From: Coniocarpon cinnabarinum | Lineage: Eukaryota | Assembly (NCBI GenBank): GCA_051942205.1 | Contig: JAVECO010000097.1 | Span: 1-64,000 of the forward strand | Length of the DNA stretch: 64,000 nt | Reading direction: 5' to 3' | In this document: piece after piece, positions 38,188 to 49,574 of the stretch | How the letters are laid out: every line of letters begins with the position of its first letter | How positions within the stretch are numbered: the stretch's first letter is position 1 | The notes under the pieces: generated by a model | What the model was told of the DNA's origin: nothing | The model's database searches: none | Seen by the model: only the letters and a program-made list of their open reading frames with translations | Made by a program: the position numbers and the translations under genes

Positions 38188-39355
38188 ATGGCCAATGCCA
38201 TCACCTCGAACCAGGCTGATGCGCTGCAGGAAACATCGGGCAGTACCCGGGCCCTTATTGGCTCCATTGTGGGTCTTCTGGTCCTAGAAGCGATGTCAAG
38301 CATGCCTGTGCTGGGCTTCTATTCTCGCTGCATACTTTCCTTTTTGTGCATGGCCGCGTGCGCACTCTATGGCGTCTTTGCTTCAATTTTCCTCAGAATC
38401 ATAGGCTACGGCGGGCTGAGTCAATGGACGGTTGCGCGCGCATTCAAGTGGACTATGAGATTTATGGTGGGTGTGCAGTTTGTGATCCAGGACGAGCACC
38501 ATTTAAAGACGAGACCTGCGGTACTCATCGGCAACCATCAAACGTGCGTCAGCCCTGTTTGTCCACTTGGTCGAGTTATGACCTCGTTTCCATTCTAGAA
38601 AGCCATTGCAAGCCGGCGTCATGACTAACTTGGCCACCACTCAGTGAACTCGATGTCCTCATGCTCGGCTGCGTCTTCCCACCCTACTGCAGCGTGACGA
38701 GCAAGAAATCTCTCAGATATTGGCCTTTTCTCGGCTGGTTCAGTGCGTCATTCAATTCTCCCTCTCATCATTGTCTCGCACATCCCCTCATCCCTTTCAT
38801 CGTCTGCGTACTCACGTTCTTCTTCAAAAGTGGCTCTGAGCAAGACCGTCTTCATCGACCGTGGCAACCGCAAGTCCGCGCACGCGACTTTCGATAGCGC
38901 GGCACGCATGATGCAGCGGGAGCGCCAGTGCGTCTTCATCTTTCCGGAGGGTACACGCAGCTACACCGCGGAGGCGGAGATGCTGCCGTTCAAGAAAGGG
39001 GCATTTCACTTGGCCATTCAGGCAGGCGTGCCCATCATTCCTGTGGTAGTCGCCAACTATTCGAACGTGCTGAGTGTGCAAAGGCGGCAGTTCACCACTG
39101 GAAGGGTGCCAATTAAGGGTCAGTCTTAGACATAAGGCACGTGCTGCCGCTGCCGCCGGTTAGGAGGCTGACGAGATGATAGTGCTGCCGCCGGTGCCGA
39201 CGGAAGGTCTCACGGCTGCCGACGTGGATGAGTTGTGCAACAGGGTCCGCAAAAGTATGCTGGATGAGCTCGAGATCTTGACGGAGATCGCGAGGGCGCA
39301 GAAGACGGCAATACCAACAGAGGAGGCGCGAAGAGACCACCAAAAGAAGTCGTAA
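38188..39355 (+). CDS. SLC1: 1-acyl-sn-glycerol-3-phosphate acyltransferase
   Basis: NHQ..LD (split by an intron), VFIDR, FPEGTRS and LPFKKGAFHLA. Three introns. Confidence 0.95.
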
Positions 39356-39953
39356 TAAACGCGCATGGGTTTGTCTCAGTAGCAAGATTGCACCTCGAAA
39401 TAGGCGCCTTTTCGTATTTCGCAACGGTGCTTTGCTCAATAATATGTTATTTGAGGGTGAAATGTCTGCCTTTGAGTCTAATAACAGAGCTTTGTCACCG
39501 CGGTACTATGATGTTCTCGCATGTGGCGCATAAAGGGGCTGAGCAGGCTACCTTTCGGTGTATCAACCGGAGTCAGAGCAAAGGAGGAGAAGGACACAAA
39601 GACGAGAGAGGCAAGAGCAAGCCCGCAATGAGAGTGGAAAAACATTGCAGTGGTAAGAATAGCAGGCCGGCGTCCGCGCAACCTCGCCAAGACTGGTTCA
39701 AAGTACCTCAGCTACGAAGAAACATCAGCTTTGCCAGAGCCTCAAAGAACTCCGAGTACGCTCCGGACGGCAAGCTACCCCGTTATTTCAAGTTTGGCAA
39801 TGTTTATAGGATTACCACCGCGTCCCGCAAAGCCCGCGCCATGCTGCTGCGTATCCACATGCGTTCTGACGTGATGCTCTGCGCGCCTCATCATGGGGCC
39901 CTCAGGAGGGGATCGAGCCTGCAATACAGGACAGTCGGAGGATGCGATGATCG

Positions 39954-40712
39954 CTACGCTCGATCTCTGTACATCTGTGCTATTTCCAGCGGTCGTTGAG
40001 GTTGGAGCTCGCCCCTCTCGATCTTCTCGACATTCTCCTTGTGGTGGTGCCAACTTGGACGAGCACCGAGGTCCACCCAATGCTTATTCTCAAGCAAATC
40101 GTAGTGCAGCTGGAGGAACTTCCGATCGAGCCACTGCTGGTCAAGTTCAAGGTCGCGTGTCTGCTCCGAGTACATATAGCAGTAGCCGATCAGTACTCCT
40201 ATATGATCGCGGAAAGCGTCGTTTCCCTCGTGACCATCAGGGTCGAGACTGATGTACATTGCCATCATGGAGTTAAGTATTTCGTACAGATGCGGGACAT
40301 AGGGCACCGCCTCTTTCGGGGGAGTATCTGGGAGCGTGAGGCCCCACTGTTCCACTGGCAGCAGGATTGTAAGATCATGCCGACGGTCCGGTGCATTGTC
40401 AAAGAAATGAACGGAGGGACTGACGAACGCCTGGCAGTCGGCGATGAGCTTTTTCATGCGCTGCTTTGGCGGAAGTACTTCTGTGCGCGTCCAGCCTGCA
40501 CGCTGCAAGACTTGGGCCGCTTTTTCGACATTGGGGACAAGCAGCCAAACATCGAAGATAACCGTGGGTACGTCGTATTGGGCAACGGCGTCCTCCATCC
40601 ATATGAAAGAAGGGATAGCAGCGTCCTTGCTGAGAACGCGAGCGGCTTCATGCCGTTGCTCTCTTCTAGTCTTTTTCTTGAAGGATCGCCGCCAGAAAAG
40701 GGGGAAAAGCAT
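39954..40712 (-). CDS. Hypothetical protein with degenerate nucleotidyltransferase-like fold
   Basis: About 252-aa intronless ORF. FIWMEDAVAQYDVPTVIFDVWLLVP...AAQVLQRAGW is collinear with the NTase GG..DxD motif region but lacks GG and the second Asp. Confidence 0.6.
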   Translation of the reverse strand: MLFPLFWRRSFKKKTRREQRHEAARVLSKDAAIPSFIWMEDAVAQYDVPTVIFDVWLLVPNVEKAAQVLQRAGWTRTEVLPPKQRMKKLIADCQAFVSPSVHFFDNAPDRRHDLTILLPVEQWGLTLPDTPPKEAVPYVPHLYEILNSMMAMYISLDPDGHEGNDAFRDHIGVLIGYCYMYSEQTRDLELDQQWLDRKFLQLHYDLLENKHWVDLGARPSWHHHKENVEKIERGELQPQRPLEIAQMYRDRA

Positions 40713-41184
40713 GTTGACGAGACTATGATGCGCAAAATTTAGTATAGCGTGGCAAGATGTCAAGTCAAGCAAAGAGTGAAAAGTTGGTGTCTTTATACGG
40801 CTCACGTTTGCCTGAGCTAGCTACGCCGCATGCGACGCCGATCATCGCATTCTTCTCTGCCCAATGTAGTAAACGAGGATCTCAGCCCTGATATCTGTTG
40901 CGGCGTACTGCAGTGACCAGATCAGTTACGAGAGATGCCCAGCAGAATGTCACAAATGTGCACTCTGGCATGGAAGCGGGCACTGTATGAGCACAAGTCC
41001 GGGTGTCGGTGATCCAGACCGGTGTCTCGTTACAATGCGCCGGACGATGCGGCGGCCGGTGCGGCAGAGAGGTGCGGGAGGCGATATGTAGGAGAGAAGG
41101 AGTCGTGTTTCATGCGTCACTGGTGGAGGAGTAAGAGAAGTACCTATATGGTGACAGCTACCTGGTGCAGTGCCAAGACCGCCG

Positions 41185-41229
41185 TACAACAACTACAACA
41201 ACTACAGCAACTACAGCAACTACAGTAAC
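41185..41229. repeat. 9-bp tandem repeat (TACARYAAC)x5
   Basis: TACAACAAC TACAACAAC TACAGCAAC TACAGCAAC TACAGTAAC. Confidence 0.9.
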
Positions 41230-42285
41230 CTCGATGCGGCAGTAGTTGCCGCATCGAAATCTGCAACAGCACGGCGACGTCGACTTGTTTCATGGACGCC
41301 TGCAGTCCCTTTCTACCAGGGGGCATGGCTTCTTCAACACGTGGCATGGTTTCAGACGCCCGGTTCTCGCTCATTCACAGCAGGTGTCACGCAGACAGGG
41401 CATCCTTCCGTTCGGAGAGCTGCTCCTACTATGTTTATTGGCCTTGAACATGCGGCACTGCGCTTTGCTTGCGGCTGTAGATCACTCTCTCCAACTAAAG
41501 TTTCAAGTGTGTGACCCACTTTCGTGAGGCGGTGAATCTATCTATGGAGTCGGGTCGTCAACGCGTTACGCAATGGAAAAGAAGGCAGTAGCCATTTCGA
41601 AGTTATGCTAGCAGCTTGAAGATCTGCCAGCGGCGTGGTTCAAAGAACCTCTTTCAAAAAGTAGAGAGAACTTTGGCCACGTGTTCCTGGTCCTGTGTTA
41701 TCTGGGTTATCTGGTAATGCGGTAAGGATTGTGGGCAGAAGTCACTGCCTGATTAGCTTGCAACTAGTCATACACAAACAGCGAAGCCTGAGTTTAGGAG
41801 TGAAGTATCCTAATTGATCAAACGTCGGACTCAAAAAAGATGAGTATGACAGCAGCAACCCCCTACTTCTCACGTGGTTCTGAATGGTGTTTCGGCAAGT
41901 ACTTTCATTCGAGCCCCTTGCGGCGTTTGCGGCGTCCACGCCTCACACTTGTTTCATCACAACGTATCCTCGACTCTATTGAGATTGACGTAACATGATG
42001 CCTACGGGCTAGGATGCCACAAAACTCTTCCGTCTACTGCCATACTTCAGCTGCTGATCGTGCCTCCAGGCTACGCCACAGAGGCCACCCAAGCAAATAC
42101 CCACAAACTATGTGTCTCAGACACACGAGACATCGGTGGCGGTCGTGGAGCCTCGTCAGGTATTCCCAGGAGGCCAAGTTGCATTGGGTGCTCCATGTAC
42201 GAAGGCTGGTCTTTCGCAATGCTATAAGTACGATCATGGCCCAGACCGTAAGGAGTATTGTAAGTAAAGCAAATATCATTACAGA

Positions 42286-43208
42286 ATGCCTGACTCCAAA
42301 ATCGTTGCATGGTTGAAGAAAAAGGGGCTTACTCTCAAGCATCACAAGGCAGATCGGGAGCAGGACGAAGACAAGCACCTCGCAGCTACGCAACAGACCG
42401 GTGCAGTTCAATCATCTGCAGCCGCAGCTGCGGGGAAAGGGATAGCCCCTGCACATCATGGGTTGACATTGCCGCCCAAGATTACCAAGAAAGACCTCAC
42501 GCGGCAATCTATAGAGGAAGCTATCGAGAAAGCAAACGGTAAATGCTATCCTGATACTTTGCGTTCGGCAACGGCCTACGACTAATCCCTTAGGCACGTT
42601 GGGAAAAGACAACTACGCACTCATAGGAGGTGTAGGATGTCACATGATGGGGTCCGAACGCACTACAGCTGATTTCGACTTCCTCGTTCCTAATGGAGAT
42701 GGCGAGACGATGAAGACTCGTCTTGAGCAGACCGATGGTTTTGGTAGATCGCCGGGTTTCCACCTTTATTTCACGCGCACCCATGGTGAGTAGGGGGCCT
42801 TGTCATAATACGAGGACAATTTATACTAACCCGAGACGATCAGGTACATTGCAGCATGGCATTGACGTCGTCACCGCAGAACAACTTTCGGAGCATGGCC
42901 ACCTTCCAAACCTGGATTCATCGATGATACAAAGGATCGGTAACGTCAATGTAGCAAAGCCGCAAGTAATGCTCCTGTACAAAAGCATTTCCTACATCCT
43001 GCGGGAGAAGGTGGAGAAAAAGCATCATGACATGGTAGATATCATATTTCTCCTCGAGAAATGTGTCGAGGAGAAGAAAAGAGAAGGAGAAAGCTGGCAG
43101 ATAATGCCAAAGCTTGGAGAGGTCTGCGATCAGGACTTCAGGGACGACATTGAAGGCAAGAGGCCGAAGGCAGCGGAGCTATTCAGGGAGCTTGGCCTCG
43201 TCAACTAG
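42286..43208 (+). CDS. Nucleotidyltransferase of AbiEii/DUF1814/DUF2204-like type, 3 exons
   Basis: Introns 42539-42593 and 42786-42843 (GT..CTAAY..AG) fuse three ORFs into one frame with YALIGGVGCHMMGSERTTADFDFLV, IDVV and LLYK...LREKVEKKHHDMVDIIFLL. Confidence 0.75.
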
Positions 43209-43740
43209 ACCAGGCTACTCACGTGATCTGGCGAATTTCTGCAGTTATTGCGGGTCAAGACTTGTAGCGTAACAGTAGAATTACAACTATGTTAGCATCT
43301 TTTCGTATTGCGTAATATAGTCTACTTGATCTTTGTGTTAACTGAGGGAACTGTCCCCACCATGGTGTTGCTATAACGTCTGATCAAGATTCAGTCACGT
43401 GATTTTAACAGCAATCAAATTCTTCCGAAAGAAATTCTCGAGTGACTGCAAAATTGCAACTCTGTAACACTGACCGGCGCTGATCTCAGTCTTAGTGTAT
43501 TCTAGAGCGATTGATTCATTATGACGTTGCTGTTGCGTTCGATGAAAAGATTTCGGGACAAAGTCCCGTGTTTTGTATTTGAGATCGAACTCCTCCAAGT
43601 CAAAAAGTCTCACAACAGTGAATTTGCACTGTGGAAGGGAATAAGCGTCTATTAAATATCACACAACGGTCTTCCGCCGAAATTGATGATAGACTTTGTC
43701 GAATTGTCCCTATAATGTTACTCTTAATTAATCTGATTCC

Positions 43741-44465
43741 TAGTCTTAGCGTACTCAGACGCTCCTATAGGGCACTTGTACCCCTTACGAACATACTTTT
43801 ATATATAAACTGCCTAATATAGTAATACTTATTATAAATTAATTTTGTGGAGTATTTAAGCCTAATTTTTAAACTTTTATAGTACACGCATAATTCTAGG
43901 TACTTCTAAAACGCTTCTTTTTATAATAACTAGATACGTACATATAATTTTAAAAATTAGGCTTTATAGTAATCTTTGCTAATACTACCGCTACCTTTCT
44001 CTTAATTATTTAAAATAATATAACAAGTATATATAATATATTAAGCTTTTATACGCTTAAAAATTTATATAAAGATATATATCTTATAAAAGAATTTTTA
44101 TCTATATACAGCTTTTTAAAATTATAATCTTACTTTATAAGAAGAAATTTAAAAATTAGGCTTTATATAGCTCTGCGTCTATAGTTATAAGCTTTATTAA
44201 TTATAAAATTATATATAAAAAGGCTTGTTAGCGTAAAAAGAAAGCTTTTAGATATTTTATATATATATATATATATATGCTAGCAATTCTTTCTATCTAC
44301 GCCTATACTGCTAAGATAGGTAGTAGACTAGCTAAATAGAGTAATTTATAATACCTTAGACTCTTTCTTAGCAATTTTTAAAGGTCTCGTAGAAATTAGG
44401 CTTAGACCCTCTGGCGGTTCTTGTGAAAGTGGCCCGTGCGGAGGTGTCTGAGTAAGCTGAGACTA
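43741..44465. mobile_element. Non-autonomous hAT-type DNA transposon (MITE), RIP-eroded
   Basis: Imperfect TIRs TAGTCTTAGCGTACTCAGAC / rc TAGTCTCAGCTTACTCAGAC (18/20). Perfect 8-bp TSD CTGATTCC at 43733-43740 and 44466-44473. Internal AAATTAGGCTT repeats and an extremely TpA-rich interior. Confidence 0.9.
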
Positions 44466-44938
44466 CTGATTCCATATTACATGATGCTCATCATACTTGA
44501 ATTCGATCGAAGTCAGAGTGGTCTCGCGCGACAGTGAATTGACATCAAAAAAATATCTATTGGCGCTCCAAAGCCAAGTTTTGCTCAATTCTTTGCTATT
44601 TAAAGTCGAGCTCACTACTACAATGTTGCTATTGCAGCTGGAGGATCTGATTCAAAGTCACGTGATTTCTCAATCAGAATTGAAATTTGTCGAAGTCAAA
44701 AACATCTGGCACGACAGTAAGCTTGCATAATACTAAGCCTGTTCTGGCATGTCAGAATGACACTTTATTTACCGATGTGTCAATAGAGCTCGAATTGTAT
44801 ACTACAATGTTGCTGTTACGTGTGATAAAATTTAAAGCAAGGTCACGTGATTTCAATCTTGAATATCATGTTCATTCTTATGCAGCAGCTATTTGAGGCA
44901 AAAGTGTGTCATGCCGCACTCGTCTCCAGCGTCCCGCC

Positions 44939-47579
44939 TCACCCGCAGTATGGCTGCGTGTTGAGGATGTAGTTCCTCAAACGCTCCTGACGGCCCTTCT
45001 CCTCCTCGATCAACGCCGTCGCCATGTCTGCTCGCACCCAGAAGAGCTGCTCCCCAGCCAGCATCTTTTCCCACTTGTCCTGCGCCTCCGCAATCATGGG
45101 CTTGTACATGATTGACAGGTCCCCATTGCTGAGGACCTTTAAGCCCTTGAACCCCTCTGCCTCCGCCGCGGCCACCACCGCCTCCACCCCACCACCATTC
45201 CACTCCGTCAACTGTTCCCACTTGCGCGTGTAGAAAGCTGTTGCTGCAAAGTTGATTGGTGGGCGCCACACCAATTCCATGCGCTGCTGTAGCGTCATGG
45301 GCAGCGTTGCGGGTCCTTGTTCGCCCGCGTGACGTCTCTCCGCCACCGTCTTGAGCGTTGCGAGATGCGAGTGGCCCAGTATAAGTGATACCTGGTACCC
45401 TGCCATCCAACGCTCCGGCGTGACAGGGTTTGGCGGGTTTTCGTCCACGAGATTGCGTGGGAAATGGTAGAGTTGGGGAGCAATGTCCCATAGTGAAAGC
45501 TTGCCCGGAATCTCGAAATCCGGGTAGAGGTATGGTAGCGGGTTTTCCAAGCCAAACCGAATGGCATTTGGTGGTTCTGGTGGTGCAGCCCGCTCTGCAA
45601 CATCCATTTCGCCCAATTCTGCGGTGAGTCGAGAATTGCCGGCATTTCCACCAGACGAGAGACCCATTTCGCGCACTTCTGTAGTGAGGGCCGACCTGCG
45701 CGTTCGCGTAGAGTACTTCTCAGGTCTCACAATAGCACGTAAATCATCGAAAGCGTCTTCCCAGCCGCGCCCACGACTGGTTTTGCGCACGTGATCGTGG
45801 TAGTAACTCTTGCTCCCGACGGGCCAGTTTCTCTTAGCATCAGCGCCATTGTCCTATACATTTTGTTAGCAAGAAATATTCCGGCAATTAGAAGGTAGCT
45901 CCAAAATTTCATGGAAATTGAGCCTGCAACCTTGCTGTACATACCAAAAGCAGTCTCACCGCCTTCCAGTTCCCACATTCAATAGCGTAAACCAGTGGCG
46001 TCTTGCCAGAATTGTCCAAATTGTCAACAGGCGCACCGAAAGCAAACAGAACATCCAGTAGTGTGTCGCTCTTCGCCTGAATAGCAGCTACCACACAGTC
46101 ATGGGTAGGCTTGATGCCTACCTCAATGAGTTCGCCGACTTTCTGAGTGTCATCTTCTTGACAAGCTTTCAGGAGACTGCTGTAATCCATCTTTTCAAAC
46201 AACGCACTACGCTTTGGCTTTGTTGTGCGTTTTCCATCGGATTTGGTGCGCTGTGCACCTTGTGTCTCCAGGTATTGCTGCACTTCAGCATGTTCGTTGT
46301 CGTAGGCATCGTTGAGTGGAGTGTCATTGTCTTCATTGACGGGGCTGACCTCGGCCCCATAACTGACCAAAAGCTTGATGACTTCGAGGTGGCCCTTCAG
46401 CGCGGCCTTATGCATGGATGTGTTACCGGCGAAGTCGGTGTAGTTGCAGTATGCCACTTTGGCGTGGTCTTTGGTGCGTTCAAGTAGCTGGCGAACCCGC
46501 TCAACATCGCCGCTGCTACAAGCCTATCGTGGGAAAATTAGCAAAAAGACCCTCTTGTTTGCATATCTGATTTTGCCATAGTCTGAAAACGCCGCCATAT
46601 CCATGACGAAGCCGATGACCGTTTTCTAGGTCGTTTGCTGTTGATTTTGCAGTAGACGGCGGATGTTTTGGCGGTATTTGACGTCGCCGGCAAGCCGGCG
46701 ATTGCCACATACGACCTCATCGACGCCGAGATAAAGTACTGAAATAGCTGTGCGATCAAGACTTACTTTGTGGAGTGGTGTCTCGCCGTGCTTGTCGACT
46801 TTGAGCCCAGGAAGGACGACTGGATTTGGTGAAGACATGTCTGTTCTGCTGACTGAAGGGTGTACAGAGATGGAGCGTCGATGGGGTCTCGAACGAAGAT
46901 TGGGTGAATGCGGAGTGGAAGGAAGGTCGAGGGCAGAAAGAGAGCTTTTATGTTGAATTCTAGACGCTAGTGGGTGATTGCGTAAGCAAGTAGGTAAGAG
47001 GTGAAGGTGGTAGGTGTTCAAGAATCACTCACTCTCATCTTCGCTAGCGCTTGCTGCATCCCCAAAGTGGAAACGATGCTTGACGTCCTTGCGCGCGCGT
47101 TTTGCGCGAGCACGATTCACGACGACGTCATCCTCGTCGTCCTCCTCTTCCTCATCAGCTTGGTTGGAGCCACTATTCTCCCCATCGCCTTTAGAATTAC
47201 TTTTTGCTTCAACTTCATCGGCCTTGCGCTTTCGCGGTGATGAGGACGAACGCGGCACTCCCGCGGCTGTGGCTGTAGCTGAAACATGTTCAGCATCTGA
47301 GGGCGACTCAATCTCTTCTCGGGCAGCGCCAGTGTCGCGACCAGGTATGGGCTTCTTTGGGGTCTGCCGCCGGGATGCTGACAAGATCTCAGTCTCAGCT
47401 TCAGAATCCTCATGTGTGTGTCTTCGCGGCGAGGTCGTGCCGTCTTCTAGACCTGACCGTCTTTCTGCACCCAACTGCTTCTTTCCCTCCTCCCCCTCAA
47501 GCTTTTGCGGTGCATTCACTTCATCTTCCTCAGGTTCTCTATGCCGTTCCGGGGCGTTATCGCTGGATATTTGGGACAT
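44939..47579 (-). CDS. Ankyrin-repeat protein, possibly Hos4 (Set3C)-related
   Basis: Acidic/low-complexity N-terminus, then ankyrin repeats across introns (DKHGETPLHK|ACSSGD, GNTSMHKAALKGH, DTPLNDAYDNEH, GKTPLVYAIECGN), then a C-terminal globular domain (ERWMAGYQVSLILG...LFWVR). Confidence 0.75.
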
Positions 47580-48180
47580 ACTGAGCCAGTAATGCAGGCG
47601 CAAAGGCGTTACAGAGGCGCGTATTCGAAAGGTAAGCTCATGTTCGATCAGCTATCAAAGGACCTCAGGTGGAAGGAGTACAGCCGGTTGCGAGAAGACA
47701 CGGCCTTGCAGTTCGGTCACAGCGGCTTCGCGAGCTATCAAAGCCGTCACACGGATGCGGACAGAAGAGCCAGAATACGTCAGAGTGGAGACAAGGAGGG
47801 CGAAAGTCGTACAACTGCAATCAAGGAACGTGAACGCACGTATCTGAACGCGATGAGGTCGTAGAGAACAACCAAGCTACGCAGCAAAGGCGGGATGTGA
47901 TTGGTGTGCTAGGGTGGGCTGGCCGGTATGAGCCTCGGTAGCGCGGAGCCTGTCCTGACTTCACTCTTCCACGGCGTCAATCACCAGCAATTAAAGAAGC
48001 TACTCCAGAACTGATGAACATCATTGTTCTGGTTTTGACCCTGCAGCTCTTCTCATGTCGTAGTTGGCTTGGATGATGCCTTATGAGCTTCTACCAGCTG
48101 GAAGCGCAAAGACATTGTCGCGTAGAGTATTGCTTTAGCTCTATCAGCGACACATCCTTGCGAACCCGTACACATCAGTC

Positions 48181-49220
48181 ATGAATGCCATCAATATCAT
48201 TCGCATGCTCTACATTGCCCCTGCATCTCTTGTACGCATCTACCCTTCAGAGATTGGCAACTAATTGACAGACCCCAAGATCCTCCTTTTGAACTCCTCA
48301 GAAGCCTTGAGGGCGCGGTTCATGTTGTATGGCCCTCGCGCGACCTATTCACGGGTAGTAAACGCAGGAGACCAACACGTCGGAGCCTCTAGACATCTCT
48401 CTAGATATTCATCAGGCTCTTTTACTAACTTTCTCGATCTTGTATGTGGTCTTCGGGTGCCGCACAGCTGGTTCATGCACTTTTATGTTGTCTCCGTTCT
48501 TGCCTCTCTGTTCTGGGTCGTGGAGTTTGCCCGTAACGGGCAGGTTTTGGCCGTCGTGTCGGCATCCGCACGTATTCCACAGCAACCGTCCATGACGGCC
48601 TCTCAAGTCAAGCTGATGTGGACTCTTATGCTCGCACATGGAGCTCGTCGCTTGTACGAGACTGTCGAGCTCAACAAACCGACTCGTTCTCAAATGTGGA
48701 TCGGTCATTGGGTACTCGGAGTGCTATTCTATGTTTTGACAAGCTGTGCCATCTGGATCGAAGGATCTCGTGCGTTCCCCACTGAGCTTTCCTTCACACG
48801 AGATCGCTAAATTTGTATGCAGCTGCTCTCAACTTTGGTCTCCCGTCTTTCAAAGACTTTGTTGTCCCTTTCCCGAGCGTGAAGACGTTCGTTGGGGTTC
48901 CGATCTTTCTCATTGCATCAGGAGTTCAACAGGACTGCCATCGATATCTCGCATCGCTCAAACAATACTCTGTGCCTCGGCATCCGGCTTTCATGCGTCT
49001 GATTGCTCCTCATTACTTTGCGGAATGCCTGATATATTTGTCATTTTCGATCATCGCAGCCCCGGCGCGATGTCTTTTGAACTCAACCTTGTTATGCGCT
49101 CTCGCTTTTGTAGCCACGAATTTAGGCGTCACGGCGACAATCACTAGAAATTGGTACGCGCATCGATTTGGGCAAGAAGAAGTCAGCGGGAAGTGGAATC
49201 TTGTTCCAGGTTTGTATTGA
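48181..49220 (+). CDS. DFG10: Polyprenol reductase (steroid 5-alpha-reductase family)
   Basis: LRARFMLYGPR, VPHSWFMHFY, HGARRLYE, CHRYLASLK, PHYFAECLIY and TNLGVTA. Two introns. Confidence 0.92.
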
Positions 49221-49350
49221 ATATGGATGCACACTGACGGGCGGCCTCAAAAACATGACTATGTCGGTAAGCAAGACTTGGTCCGTGCGCTGTGAAGGTT
49301 TGATAACATTAATATTTTGCCTTGCCAAATGTCAACATAAGCTCCGTGCG

Positions 49351-49574
49351 GCAGAACAGGACTGGTGGCCTAGTGGTTAAGTGGTCCGGTCAAACTCCTT
49401 AATCATTGCCAGTCTTAAGCTCACTACACGAGCCCCTGATGACCCAAGCTACGCTAGGGGGCTCGCGTGCCCGGTGATTGCTCAAAGGCCTAAACTGTCG
49501 GAGGCACATGGAGAAGCGGGTTCGAGCCCCGTGATGGGAGGCGCGCTGCGCCAAAGAATTAAAATTCTTTTTTT
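49351..49574 (+). ncRNA. Putative Pol III structured ncRNA, copy A (tRNA-like promoter, non-cloverleaf)
   Basis: A box TGGCCTAGTGG 49366-49376. T-arm GCGGG-TTCGAGC-CCCGT 49516-49532 (B box). T7 terminator 49568-49574. Internal hairpins. No acceptor-stem pairing. Confidence 0.6.

Noticed and set aside
39996..40742. 248-aa plus-strand ORF
   Set aside because: Antisense shadow of the 39954-40712 gene with no motifs.
49436..49500. Hammerhead ribozyme or C/D snoRNA (CTGATGA)
   Set aside because: No GAAA core after a stem II, no suitable downstream D box, and the motif is absent from copy B.
49359..49540. Canonical tRNA with long intron
   Set aside because: GGACTGG does not pair with GATGGGA after the T-arm, the D-stem does not close and no anticodon arm is identifiable. 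The same holds for copy B.
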